From the NCBI GenBank assembly GCA_020630675.1, contig JAHDIR010000005.1, positions 7,178 through 71,177 on the forward strand: a stretch of DNA of 64,000 nucleotides, read 5' to 3'. Under the pieces are notes generated by a model. That model made no database searches. It was given only the letters and a program-made list of their open reading frames with translations, and was not told the DNA's origin. Position numbers and translations under genes: made by a program. This document shows positions 12,001 through 21,436 of the stretch, piece after piece. The number at the start of each line of letters is the position of its first letter. Position 1 is the stretch's first letter. Origin of the DNA: Bdellovibrionales bacterium (GTDB lineage Bacteria > Bdellovibrionota > Bdellovibrionia > Bdellovibrionales > UBA1609).

Positions 12001-12380
12001 CCACTAGAAGATATATCGGAGTAGTCCCCATCTAAGCGCCAATAACCAATTAAACTTGTTGAAAGCTCAGGGCGTATGGCAGTCACACTTAAAGAGTTTG
12101 AGTTAGGTTCTGCTAAAAGTATTTTATTGTCTTTAAAGAAAGCTCCTACAAAATTACCTTCAATAAAATCTTCACCTTCTTGTTGTAAATCAAGAGGCTT
12201 TAATTGAACTCCCCCGTCTTTTACTTCAACATAATTTTCATCATAGTTAAGGTTGGTATCTTTAGAAAAATCCCATGTGGGATCTAGAAAAGAATCGAAA
12301 TCAAAAGTTGTCTTTTCATAGCTACATGATGTTGCCAAAAATATAATTACTAAATGTAACAACAAATATTTCATAATCAA
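9096..12380 (-). CDS. Multi-LamG-domain lipoprotein, paralog 2
   Basis: 1094 aa; lipobox ATSC; three LamG-like units (GYW..D, FDG, W.H/M...v....IY/FING, G.LDE...W); Cys-rich C-terminal scaffold. Confidence 0.9.
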   Translation of the reverse strand: MIMKYLLLHLVIIFLATSCSYEKTTFDFDSFLDPTWDFSKDTNLNYDENYVEVKDGGVQLKPLDLQQEGEDFIEGNFVGAFFKDNKILLAEPNSNSLSVTAIRPELSTSLIGYWRLDGDYSDISSSGFVGTPTGDNHFVPGRIGEAVNFDGDGDRFIVPDSDIIDGRDQLSIVAWVKPLSSSTGYDAILSKRVNTNDNQAFTIWYLNNKISVDIIGVDDRFESVGEVLPGVWNHIAVVYDGSLPIAQRAKIYINGSLDTMASESSAFIPNYTSDLTFTRDQVSGGQSFHGELDEVSFFSEAVTEEQVFQLWNVQKQIFSDQTNLSPNWTPRWSDIVGYWKMDGNWQDYSGKGHHAVANGTVGHTTNGKIGSGSGVFDDLLSWAEVPYHADFDFGSNFSFNFWVKPSPYDSDGSSEFIWGGYGASPFPGMGISLWDNGVPSQSGKIAVFIQSVGSWSLSNNKLEENVWSMVSISFKDGVLKIFINGEMDISHSLLVSTVSTFGGVRRIGMITAVTSSAYSFDGELDDLAIWNVDLTAGDFLKIYNRQKQKYAGYYDSEVMFLGSTTSEWPNLSWSTSLPFGKELVGDFDRDGNLDNENNIGYSGITSDLNLQLARYFNFNENSWSGLAGEVKDSSSLGLGGTVVGTVNSSYLTPLFSKSASFDLSTGYIDLGTDPSLSMGSDDYTMSVWIKALDPQNSWGIISLSGSTTSVTEGHWLSINGASGFIQLWISDGSSQIVNSLTVAEDYRDNSWHHLSWTFDRDVGVKIYVDGEEKASQALVNNDSIIGSLNHVIGQTGLGTQRFLGSIDEYAIWSRALSALEIRQLYRRGANRIKIQVKSCIDSSCECKTFSTSPEGNANDCDGDTIANALDFDDPHKAKFIGPGGDDSTYYSELFNRKTTDLNFNCGNNTSDSDGNICVGDEIILAASPRPTNPVINFDGLPLAARLNANPYFRYRVYMEADDNNACSGSPCLPELTSVNLNTSGQDRYPSSLQEVTPFKAYAYKSIQSIKVNADDCVTYQLSPDGTNYFYFNNGAWSPVLAASDLTTKLNLENHIISFSNDHGPGLLYIKAFLQTNANQTLKCSLRNIDVSSTN

Positions 12381-12403
12381 AAAAACCGCTCCTTATCAAT
12401 AAC

Positions 12404-12431
12404 TTATCGACAAAAGGAGTTTGTAGCTTAA
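12404..12431 (-). promoter_or_regulatory. sigma28/FliA-like promoter of LamG paralog 2
   Basis: Minus strand TTAAG-N15-GTCGATAA, followed by AAGGAG SD at 12389-12394. Confidence 0.75.
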
Positions 12432-12436
12432 ATTCT

Positions 12437-13621
12437 TTACTGTCGGCTTCTTGTCAGCCAAGATTCCCAGGAGCCTAATGATTTTCTTGGCACTTGAGAG
12501 CCATCCTTAAGGCCTGTATCTCTCCATATTAGTGACAAGTTATCACCTAAAGAAGATGCCCATAAATCATCAAAATCATAGGCGCTAAACCAAACAAGTC
12601 CTTGAGCATTTATGGCATTGGCTTCTTCTAATAAAGTGATTAAAAAATTGTTTTGTTTGTCTTGATCAGTGGTGACATTGAGACTAAAGGCCGGAATAGA
12701 TAAAGACTCACCAATAAAACCAGACTCTGCAATAAAGTAATTACTTCCAGGGGCTATGGATATAATTTGAGACAACCAATTGCTCGGCAAATTGGCAGGG
12801 TCTCCCTTGTCATTATGAGAATAAAAAGCATAAGGGTAAACACTGATTCCGGTCATATCTTGGTAGTTTTGTAAATGAGTATAGAGATTGGCTGTTTCTT
12901 GCATTTTGATAGACCCAGGAGATGACATCGCAAAAGAAGTCATAAATATAACATTTGGGTACTTAGCTTTTAAATTTCCATATACGCTCATGTAGAAAGT
13001 TTGAAGCTTTAACCGATCGGCTGCTACATTGTGATAAAATTCATTGATCTCAATTGCAAAATTAACATATTTAGGATTTATCTTTTTTATAAGTTCATCA
13101 ATAAAATTTGAATAAGAACTAATAACTAAACTATTATCGATATCGTAAGTGTCCCAAGGAGACGGAAGAGATTCACCGGTGGAGGTATTCCAATACAGAG
13201 CTTTATCATTTCTTAATCCATTAAAGGGGCTAACGGCTAAATAAACCTCATGATGGCTTAGGCTAGAGAGCCTACCAGAAATACTATTAATTTCATTTTT
13301 AACATCCGAACCATAATTATCAAAGTTGTCAGCAATATTCGACTCTGGCCAAGGCACTCCCCCATCAATATGAAGAGCAATAAGGTCAGCACTACTGCCA
13401 ATAAAACTGTAAATATCATCAACAGCAGAGATTGATGCAGCATAAGGCCAAGGAGTAAAGCCCATGGAAAAACTTCTCGTCGGGACTGGCGGGGTCTCAA
13501 TCTTATCATCTTCTGATTTACAACTCACAATTACGAAAATACAGATGATAAAAGAAATTAAGTTTTTAATTTTTAAGTCAGTAATAGCTTTAAAAACCAT
13601 TGAAAAAAAAGGGGTTTGCAT
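12437..13621 (-). CDS. Lipoprotein, putative clan GH-A glycoside hydrolase (GH53-like TIM barrel)
   Basis: Lipobox IVSC; FAIEINE, GISVYPY, IAESGF, WRDTGL motifs. Confidence 0.6.
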   Translation of the reverse strand: MQTPFFSMVFKAITDLKIKNLISFIICIFVIVSCKSEDDKIETPPVPTRSFSMGFTPWPYAASISAVDDIYSFIGSSADLIALHIDGGVPWPESNIADNFDNYGSDVKNEINSISGRLSSLSHHEVYLAVSPFNGLRNDKALYWNTSTGESLPSPWDTYDIDNSLVISSYSNFIDELIKKINPKYVNFAIEINEFYHNVAADRLKLQTFYMSVYGNLKAKYPNVIFMTSFAMSSPGSIKMQETANLYTHLQNYQDMTGISVYPYAFYSHNDKGDPANLPSNWLSQIISIAPGSNYFIAESGFIGESLSIPAFSLNVTTDQDKQNNFLITLLEEANAINAQGLVWFSAYDFDDLWASSLGDNLSLIWRDTGLKDGSQVPRKSLGSWESWLTRSRQ

Positions 13622-13628
13622 AAATATC

Positions 13629-13655
13629 TTTTCGGTAAAAGCCTTTTAAACTTGA
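13629..13655 (-). promoter_or_regulatory. sigma28/FliA-like promoter of 12437..13621
   Basis: Minus strand TCAAG-N14-ACCGAAAA, 7 nt before ATG 13621. Confidence 0.6.
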
Positions 13656-13717
13656 AATATCTAAAAATATACTTGTAAATCAATAAAATGCACAGAATTA
13701 TATCTCATTTTGAGCCT

Positions 13718-13762
13718 AAGGTACGGACACACTTACTACTCAAAAAGTACGGACACACTTTT
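13718..13762 (+). repeat. Dispersed GTACGGACACAC repeat, direct pair
   Basis: Cores start at 13721 and 13747 (26 bp apart). Confidence 0.95.
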
Positions 13763-13792
13763 ATGTTATGACTTGAAAAAAAGGACGACTTT

Positions 13793-14338
13793 ATGATTCA
13801 TGAAATATCACTTCATAGCCCATCCACTCTACTAGAGGGGGCTTATATTAATAGCTTTAATAAACTCTCTCTAAAATCCGATCAGTTAAATTGGATATAC
13901 CTTGGTAATGATGCTGAGATTAATACCCCAATAAATAATTTTAACTCCTACGTACAGGTTTTATTAAAGCGAGAAACAGAGCCTGCTCCAGGGTTTGTTT
14001 GTGATACTATATGGTGGGCTATTTATAAAAACCAAATGGTTGGGCGAATTGCCTTTCGACACGAACTTAATGATTTTTTAAAAAAAATTGGTGGACATAT
14101 CGGATATATCGTACACCCTGAGTGGAGAAATAAAGGAATTGCCACTTGGATGCTAAAAGAAGTATTAAAGACTAATAAAGTTAAGAACGTAAAAAAAATT
14201 TTGCTAACTTGTGATGTTTGCAACATAGCTTCAGAAAAAACTATTATTAGAAATGGTGGAGTTTTTGAAAAAATAATTGATTTAGGGCCTAGCCGCCCAG
14301 CGAAGAAACATTTTTGGATTTCAACTGAATTAAAGTGA
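13793..14338 (+). CDS. GNAT N-acetyltransferase
   Basis: VGRIAFRHELN, GGHIGYIVHPEWRNKGIAT, N.ASEKTI..NGG. Confidence 0.9.
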   Translation: MIHEISLHSPSTLLEGAYINSFNKLSLKSDQLNWIYLGNDAEINTPINNFNSYVQVLLKRETEPAPGFVCDTIWWAIYKNQMVGRIAFRHELNDFLKKIGGHIGYIVHPEWRNKGIATWMLKEVLKTNKVKNVKKILLTCDVCNIASEKTIIRNGGVFEKIIDLGPSRPAKKHFWISTELK

Positions 14339-14410
14339 TAAATAAAGTTTTTATTTATTATAGGAATATAGGGTTATTTAAATATAATTAATAAATTTTA
14401 GGTAAAAAAA

Positions 14411-15220
14411 ATGCATATTCAATCTTTAGGTTATAAAACTAATTTAATTTTTAATAACTATGATGGGAGCGTTACTGAAAATAAACGCTATATAACAATC
14501 AAAACTAGAAATAACCCAAATTTTTTCTGGGGAAACCTGCTTTTATATAAACAACCTCCTAAACATGGTGACTTACAACTGTGGAAGTCTGATTTTAAAA
14601 AGGAATTCACTAACCCCAAAATATTTCATATGACTTTTGCTTGGGATTGTCCGGATGGGAACCTCGGAGATCATTCCGAATTTATTGCCGATGGCTTTGA
14701 ACTTGATAAATCCGTTGTTCTTACCAGCCAAAGTGTGAGCAAACCACCCAAATTTAACTCCCAAGTTTCGATACAGCCATTAAAGTCAGACGATGATTTC
14801 GAAAAAATTATTAGTACACAAACTAGTTGTGGAAACAAAGAAATTTTATCTGAAAAGTCTTGGGAGAGCTTTTATAGGGCTCAAATGTTGCAGTATAAAA
14901 AAATGATAAACGATGGGCTCGGTCATTGGTTTGGTGCTTATTTAAATAATGAACTCGTAGGAGGCTTAGGTTTATTTTTTGAAAATAACATTGGTCGTTT
15001 TCAACAAGTTTGCACAGCCCCTAGTTACCAAGGGCAAGGCGCTTGCCGTTCACTGGTGTACTTGGCATCTCAATACGCTTTTCAAAATATGAATGTGGAT
15101 ACACTTGTTATGGTCGCCGACCAAGAGTACCATGCCGCAAAAATATATGAGTCTGTTGGCTTTATTCCCACTCAAAAGCAAGCTGGAGTTTGTTGGTGGG
15201 ACAAAAGTAAAACGAATTAA
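14411..15220 (+). CDS. GNAT N-acetyltransferase
   Basis: NPNFFWGN; RFQQVCTAPSYQGQG; A.KIYESVGF. Confidence 0.85.
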   Translation: MHIQSLGYKTNLIFNNYDGSVTENKRYITIKTRNNPNFFWGNLLLYKQPPKHGDLQLWKSDFKKEFTNPKIFHMTFAWDCPDGNLGDHSEFIADGFELDKSVVLTSQSVSKPPKFNSQVSIQPLKSDDDFEKIISTQTSCGNKEILSEKSWESFYRAQMLQYKKMINDGLGHWFGAYLNNELVGGLGLFFENNIGRFQQVCTAPSYQGQGACRSLVYLASQYAFQNMNVDTLVMVADQEYHAAKIYESVGFIPTQKQAGVCWWDKSKTN

Positions 15221-15250
15221 TTTTTTATAGGCAATAAACGTAAAAAAAAA

Positions 15251-15311
15251 GGACACAGCTGAGGTGTGTCCGTACTTTTTCTTTTTAGGGTGGAAGTGTG
15301 TCCGTACCTTT
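15251..15311 (-). repeat. Dispersed repeat, two reverse copies plus hairpin between convergent genes
   Basis: GTGTGTCCGTAC at 15264-15275 and 15296-15307. GGACACA (15251-15257) pairs with TGTGTCC, flanked by A and T runs, so it could act as a bidirectional terminator. Confidence 0.9.
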
Positions 15312-16333
15312 TAGTTTATTTCGGCGGGTAAGAAAGATACTTTTAGTTCTGCGCCAGGCTCTTCCTTAAGTTCCAACTCTTTGGATAACTTAATTCCCAC
15401 TCTTCCTGGATCATAAGACCAACCCTTCTCTGCATCGGCAGGAACAACTTGAGATCCATAAGTAACCACAATAGTATTTAAAACCGGAAATTGTCCCAAA
15501 GGGATGAAATAACCAACCTTGTTGGTAAGGTCTTCACCAATAACCGCCAACTTTGGACCGTAATCAGCATCACACAAATTAAAAATATTATCCCCTTCTT
15601 TTTGCCCCTGTGCTTGAACTACTTTTTTCAAAAAAGCTTCTAGTCGGTAAGGCTCACCCTCTGAATCTCTTCGGCAAGTCGGGTCACTAATATTTGATGG
15701 AATTAAGGCTCCATAAGCTAAAACTTTTAATGGATCTCCTAATTTAATATCTACTAAGGCTTGATAAAACTCATCCGTGGTTTGTTGGCTTTCTTCATCT
15801 TCAGTATCTGTGATCATAATAATCGCCAGAAAAGCATCGTCTCTTATAAAATTACCATTAGGTCCATTAGGACCCATATTAGGAGGGGTAATCGTCGAAA
15901 TAATATTATCAAAAAACATTTCATCTCCGGAACCACTCGTTCCAGCAACAACTCGTCTAGAAATCTCTTGTAAACCACCAGGAGTAGATTTAGTGATAAA
16001 CGAAGGGCTGCCTGTAAGGAAACCACCTCTTCTGCGACGTGGATTCCAGTCAGTTGTTGTTACACCTATTTGATAATCTATTAATTTGTTTCGGCTAATT
16101 TCGTTAACAAAAGCCATCATGTTTCTTGAAAGGTTATTTTGATAGGACATCATACTACCCGAATCATCAACCACTAATAAAATATCTACTTTTGGATTAA
16201 ACCTTACATTTAAATTAAAACCTTCTGTTTTTCTTAACCCCTCAATTTTGGGGTCTCTTGAAGGATGAGAGGGCGAACAACTTAAGCCAAGATAACTTAG
16301 CAACACTAAAATTAAAGAGATATTTTTTGACAT
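15311..16333 (-). CDS. vWA-domain lipoprotein (CglB-like adhesin candidate)
   Basis: Lipobox GLSC; VDILLVVDDSGSM MIDAS motif; IIMITDTEDE; last gene of the Agl/Glt-like operon. Confidence 0.8.
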   Translation of the reverse strand: MSKNISLILVLLSYLGLSCSPSHPSRDPKIEGLRKTEGFNLNVRFNPKVDILLVVDDSGSMMSYQNNLSRNMMAFVNEISRNKLIDYQIGVTTTDWNPRRRRGGFLTGSPSFITKSTPGGLQEISRRVVAGTSGSGDEMFFDNIISTITPPNMGPNGPNGNFIRDDAFLAIIMITDTEDEESQQTTDEFYQALVDIKLGDPLKVLAYGALIPSNISDPTCRRDSEGEPYRLEAFLKKVVQAQGQKEGDNIFNLCDADYGPKLAVIGEDLTNKVGYFIPLGQFPVLNTIVVTYGSQVVPADAEKGWSYDPGRVGIKLSKELELKEEPGAELKVSFLPAEIN

Positions 16334-17944
16334 TTAAAGCTCCATTTTTCCCTGACATCCTTTTTTGACATCAACATTATAGTTATCTAACTCATCAAAC
16401 CAAACTTCTCCTTCATAAGGAAACTTCAAGGCATACTTGTCTTTGATCGCTGTAGACCCTTTTTTAATATTTACTTTATCTATTTTACTACTAACAACTC
16501 GATTCACTTGAGAAATTTGCTGGACAAGCTCCGCTTCAACGATATGCATTTTTTGTAAAATTTGATTAATATTTTCTAGTTCTTCTTGAGCTAAGTTTTT
16601 TATTCGGCCCAATGATGCTGTTTGTGCACGAAAGGCTCTAGCTTCAATCTGTTTCTTGAAGTTTTCTAATTGTGCCTGAAAACCAATTTGTGCTGAACCT
16701 CCAGCTAAAGACTTAACGTATAACTTATCAGCCACTGAACTTTCTTGTTTCAAGTATTTTTCTGTTTGAACTAAACCAAATAAAACTTCATCTCGACTCA
16801 CATAAGTAGGTAATGATTTAGCTGACGATCCTAAACTTAATAACTTAACTCGATCTTTTTCTAAAGCGCTAAATAACTTAGTTGTTGCTTCATTTTTAGG
16901 CTTATCTATTAACGACATCATTTGTTGGGCCCGCGGTTTAAAGCGAGATTTGAATTTTTTAACAGTTTTAATAACCCCAGGATAATCGCAAACTTTAAGC
17001 TCGCCCAAAGCACGAAGGAAAACAACTTCTGGGCCAACATGAGCTGAAAAGTCTGGAACCATTAAGGTTTGAGTGACAGCCAATGAGTTTTGAGGCTCCC
17101 CTTTTCTCATATAAGCCCAAGCTTTTTCTTCCTGTGCTACAAACCAGTATTCAGAAGACTTTGAAACTTTATTATAGTATTTAACCGCTGGCTGTAAGTA
17201 ACCTTGCTGATAAAGCAATCGAGCAGCAGTTATAGCCACAAGATCTTTACTTATTTTATTCGTTTTATCTTTCATGAGATGCGAAAGCACCTTTGCCGAC
17301 TTAGACACATCGCCTTTTAATGCTAAGCCCAAGGCCATCTGCCACTCCATCCAGGCTCTTTCTGGAGTGTTTAATTTTGTTTTTTTCAAAATAGAAAAAA
17401 TCAAATCTGTATTTTTAGGGTCATAAGTAGCTCTACTTCTAACGACTATTTCTGTGTTTAAACCAAAAACAGGAGTCCATTGCGGGTTCCATTCCTTTCG
17501 GATGTACTTCCAAGATTCAAGCTCTTTTGGCGCTAACTGAACAAATAAGTTCTTCAGCTCGGGCATAACCTGATCCACTTTTTTAATAGACATTAACTTT
17601 TCTAGAGCATTAATTTTTAAGCCATTTTTAAATAATAAAAAGGAAAATAAAGCTTGTCCGTTTGGAGATGATTGAAACTGAGTATCTGAAAAAGCTTCCC
17701 ACCACTGAAAAAGAGCTTTATCATTTTCATTTTTGTCTAAAAAGTTAAGAAATATATTTTGCTCGCCGGTGACTTTTTTTAATTGTTTTCTAATAGCTAC
17801 AGTTAGTGCTTGTTTTTCTTGAAACAAAGCTTCCGTTGGCTTGTCATCCCCCAAAATCTCCAAAAGCTCATCAGCCGTAGATAAAGAAATCGATGATAAG
17901 CATAGTAGAAAAATGAGCAATTGAGATTTAAACTTTTTGATCAT
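16334..17944 (-). CDS. gltC: GltC-like TPR protein
   Basis: TPR segments (A..YY.KV...SEYWF.AQEEKAWAY) and C-terminal FPYEGEVWFDELDNY...C motif; operon context. Confidence 0.7.
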   Translation of the reverse strand: MIKKFKSQLLIFLLCLSSISLSTADELLEILGDDKPTEALFQEKQALTVAIRKQLKKVTGEQNIFLNFLDKNENDKALFQWWEAFSDTQFQSSPNGQALFSFLLFKNGLKINALEKLMSIKKVDQVMPELKNLFVQLAPKELESWKYIRKEWNPQWTPVFGLNTEIVVRSRATYDPKNTDLIFSILKKTKLNTPERAWMEWQMALGLALKGDVSKSAKVLSHLMKDKTNKISKDLVAITAARLLYQQGYLQPAVKYYNKVSKSSEYWFVAQEEKAWAYMRKGEPQNSLAVTQTLMVPDFSAHVGPEVVFLRALGELKVCDYPGVIKTVKKFKSRFKPRAQQMMSLIDKPKNEATTKLFSALEKDRVKLLSLGSSAKSLPTYVSRDEVLFGLVQTEKYLKQESSVADKLYVKSLAGGSAQIGFQAQLENFKKQIEARAFRAQTASLGRIKNLAQEELENINQILQKMHIVEAELVQQISQVNRVVSSKIDKVNIKKGSTAIKDKYALKFPYEGEVWFDELDNYNVDVKKGCQGKMEL

Positions 17945-18624
17945 AGCAAATACCCCAATGAAAGGCTGGCTGTTGTTAAATCAATGTTTTGTGTTCCTGT
18001 ATACCATTTGGCTTCATAGGCTTGATAACGAAACTCGGCTCTGGCTGTAATATGTTGTGATATCCACATGCCCATTCCGAAACCTCCAGTATATGTCGGT
18101 GAGCTTCCATTTCTTAAGCTAACTTGTCCGGCACCAAGAATGAGGTAACCATCAAAGTGAACAATTCCTTTATCAAAGAAATTAAATTTTCCGTAAATAG
18201 GGTACCAGTTGATTTGTGCTACATATGACTGCTTTAACCAGTCAAGCTCGGGAACTTCTGCTTGCCGCTCCCCTCTTTCTCTTAGTAATTCTTTACCTTC
18301 ATCAGTGAGTTCATTAAAAAAGTAACTATACTTTAAGCCCACTGACCACTTGGGATTAATATGAAATTGGTAATTCAAACCAGCAAATTGAGTGTCTAAA
18401 TAAGCATCTCCGCCAAAAACTGTTCCATACTCTGGGTAAAATTCACTTTTATAATTTCGATCTACAATTCTTTTTTGAACAATTTTAATTTTGAGTTCTG
18501 GATTCACAGAGGCAGCTTTTTCCAAAAGTGCATCATTGCCTCCCAAAGAATCAAAACCGTCCATAATATCGGCCTGAGCCTGGTTCATAAAAAGTAATAA
18601 AGTTATAAGTGTTATATATTTCAT
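17941..18624 (-). CDS. Outer-membrane beta-barrel (GltA/B/H-like)
   Basis: IVQKR, WYPIYGKF, HFD motifs; C-terminal SLSLGYLL. Confidence 0.8.
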   Translation of the reverse strand: MKYITLITLLLFMNQAQADIMDGFDSLGGNDALLEKAASVNPELKIKIVQKRIVDRNYKSEFYPEYGTVFGGDAYLDTQFAGLNYQFHINPKWSVGLKYSYFFNELTDEGKELLRERGERQAEVPELDWLKQSYVAQINWYPIYGKFNFFDKGIVHFDGYLILGAGQVSLRNGSSPTYTGGFGMGMWISQHITARAEFRYQAYEAKWYTGTQNIDLTTASLSLGYLL

Positions 18625-18657
18625 TTTTTACCTTTTTGTTGATTTAGATATTTAATT

Positions 18658-19989
<1,332 letters not shown>

Positions 19990-20003
19990 TTTTTACTCTC
20001 CTT

Positions 20004-21155
20004 TTATAAACTTGCCTTACCAAGCCTTCTTAACATAAACGGATAAGAGACCTTCACATCAAGCCCCCCCTCTGGGAGAGGAAACTTCCAAGACCTTAAA
20101 CGCATTAAAATACAATCTTCAACTAACTTTGAATTTAACGATGTGTTAGCAACACTGGCCGTAGAAATTCGACCAGAGCCTTTAATGGTAAAATCAACAG
20201 CTACCCGTCCAGCTAAACTTGGGTTTGACTGTAAACCTTGCTCATAGCAAAAGCGCACTTCTCCCATTCGCTTAGCAATCACAGAGGCGATTAAGTCTTT
20301 ATCTAAACCACCTTCAATTATGGCCTCTTTACCAAGGGGAATGGAACTGGCCCCAGAAGAACCAATTAAACTTCTTTTACCATAACCGGCTTTTCCGCCA
20401 CCTTTTCCTTTAGTTCCATATCCACCAGCACCGGTAATTTTACCACCCACGCCAACGGGAGCAGCAACAAGTCCTTTACCGTAAAGAGTTGTTTGTACTC
20501 CGCCACTACCTTGTGTTCCACCTAAACCTGGACCAGCTGTAGTTTTAATAGCTCCTAAATTTAAACCACCTTTTTGTTTACTTTTATTTAAGCCACCAAG
20601 AACTGCTAGAGCTCCCACTCTCTTGATAGACTTTTTAACTTTCACTTGAGTTTTCGTTGTTTTTTGCGTTTTTTTAAAAAGAGAGCTTTTATTACTCACA
20701 GCTACAGTCTTTCTGATGGGCTTAAGTTTAATAATTTTAACTACATGTTTTTTTAGCTCTTCTTCAATGGCTGGTGGCTCTTCTGTACCTAAAAAAGAAA
20801 GAGACAATGAGCCAACACCTAATATAACAACCAAAGAAAGTGTCAGCCACCATGAGCGACTACTTGCTTTTTCTATGTATTCGTCATCTATTGTTTTTTC
20901 AACGGATTCAACCAGTCGCAATTGACCAAAATTGGGAATGACAATTGGACCTTTCTCAATGTCTTTACGGGTAAAATGAGTCAAAGTTTCAAATTCAATA
21001 TTTTCATCTTCTAGAAAATCTATTGAAGAATAAACTCCTAATCGCTTTGTATCTAAGCGCTTAACAACTAGGGCTTTATCCCCTCTCCAGTCTAAAGTTC
21101 TTACAACTTCATCGATGCTGTTTTCTAAAACTAATTTTTTATCCTGTGCACTCAT
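20004..21155 (-). CDS. GltG/AgmX/PglI-like protein with TonB-like C-terminal domain
   Basis: Single TM helix, Gly-rich linker, GGLDKD.I..VI...VRFCYE..L..NPSLAGRV.V.F.I...G...WKFP.P.GG..V.VSYPF. Confidence 0.85.
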   Translation of the reverse strand: MSAQDKKLVLENSIDEVVRTLDWRGDKALVVKRLDTKRLGVYSSIDFLEDENIEFETLTHFTRKDIEKGPIVIPNFGQLRLVESVEKTIDDEYIEKASSRSWWLTLSLVVILGVGSLSLSFLGTEEPPAIEEELKKHVVKIIKLKPIRKTVAVSNKSSLFKKTQKTTKTQVKVKKSIKRVGALAVLGGLNKSKQKGGLNLGAIKTTAGPGLGGTQGSGGVQTTLYGKGLVAAPVGVGGKITGAGGYGTKGKGGGKAGYGKRSLIGSSGASSIPLGKEAIIEGGLDKDLIASVIAKRMGEVRFCYEQGLQSNPSLAGRVAVDFTIKGSGRISTASVANTSLNSKLVEDCILMRLRSWKFPLPEGGLDVKVSYPFMLRRLGKASL

Positions 21156-21164
21156 ATATATTCC

Positions 21165-21434
21165 TTAGTGATGACTTGCACTTTTCGTAATGCGATCATT
21201 AAAATCTTTGCGAATACCTAATAAAGCATCTAATACCTTATCGCTTTCTACTGTGGCTGTGGCTTCATCAGAAAAGTGATACTTACCGTGAACCAGTAAA
21301 TCCTCAAAACTTAAGTCTGTAGACTTTTTTGAGGTTTTTTTTATGTTTTTCTTAGGGTTTGTTTCAGCTCCATAACTTATTGAGGCCGAGACAAACAGGA
21401 GTGCGCTAATAAACCAAGTTAATTTTCTAAACAT
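21165..21434 (-). CDS. Small secreted GltF-like protein
   Basis: Signal peptide; DLSFEDLLVHGK and RKDFNDRI; position before the gltG-like gene. Confidence 0.65.
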   Translation of the reverse strand: MFRKLTWFISALLFVSASISYGAETNPKKNIKKTSKKSTDLSFEDLLVHGKYHFSDEATATVESDKVLDALLGIRKDFNDRITKSASHH

Positions 21435-21436
21435 CT

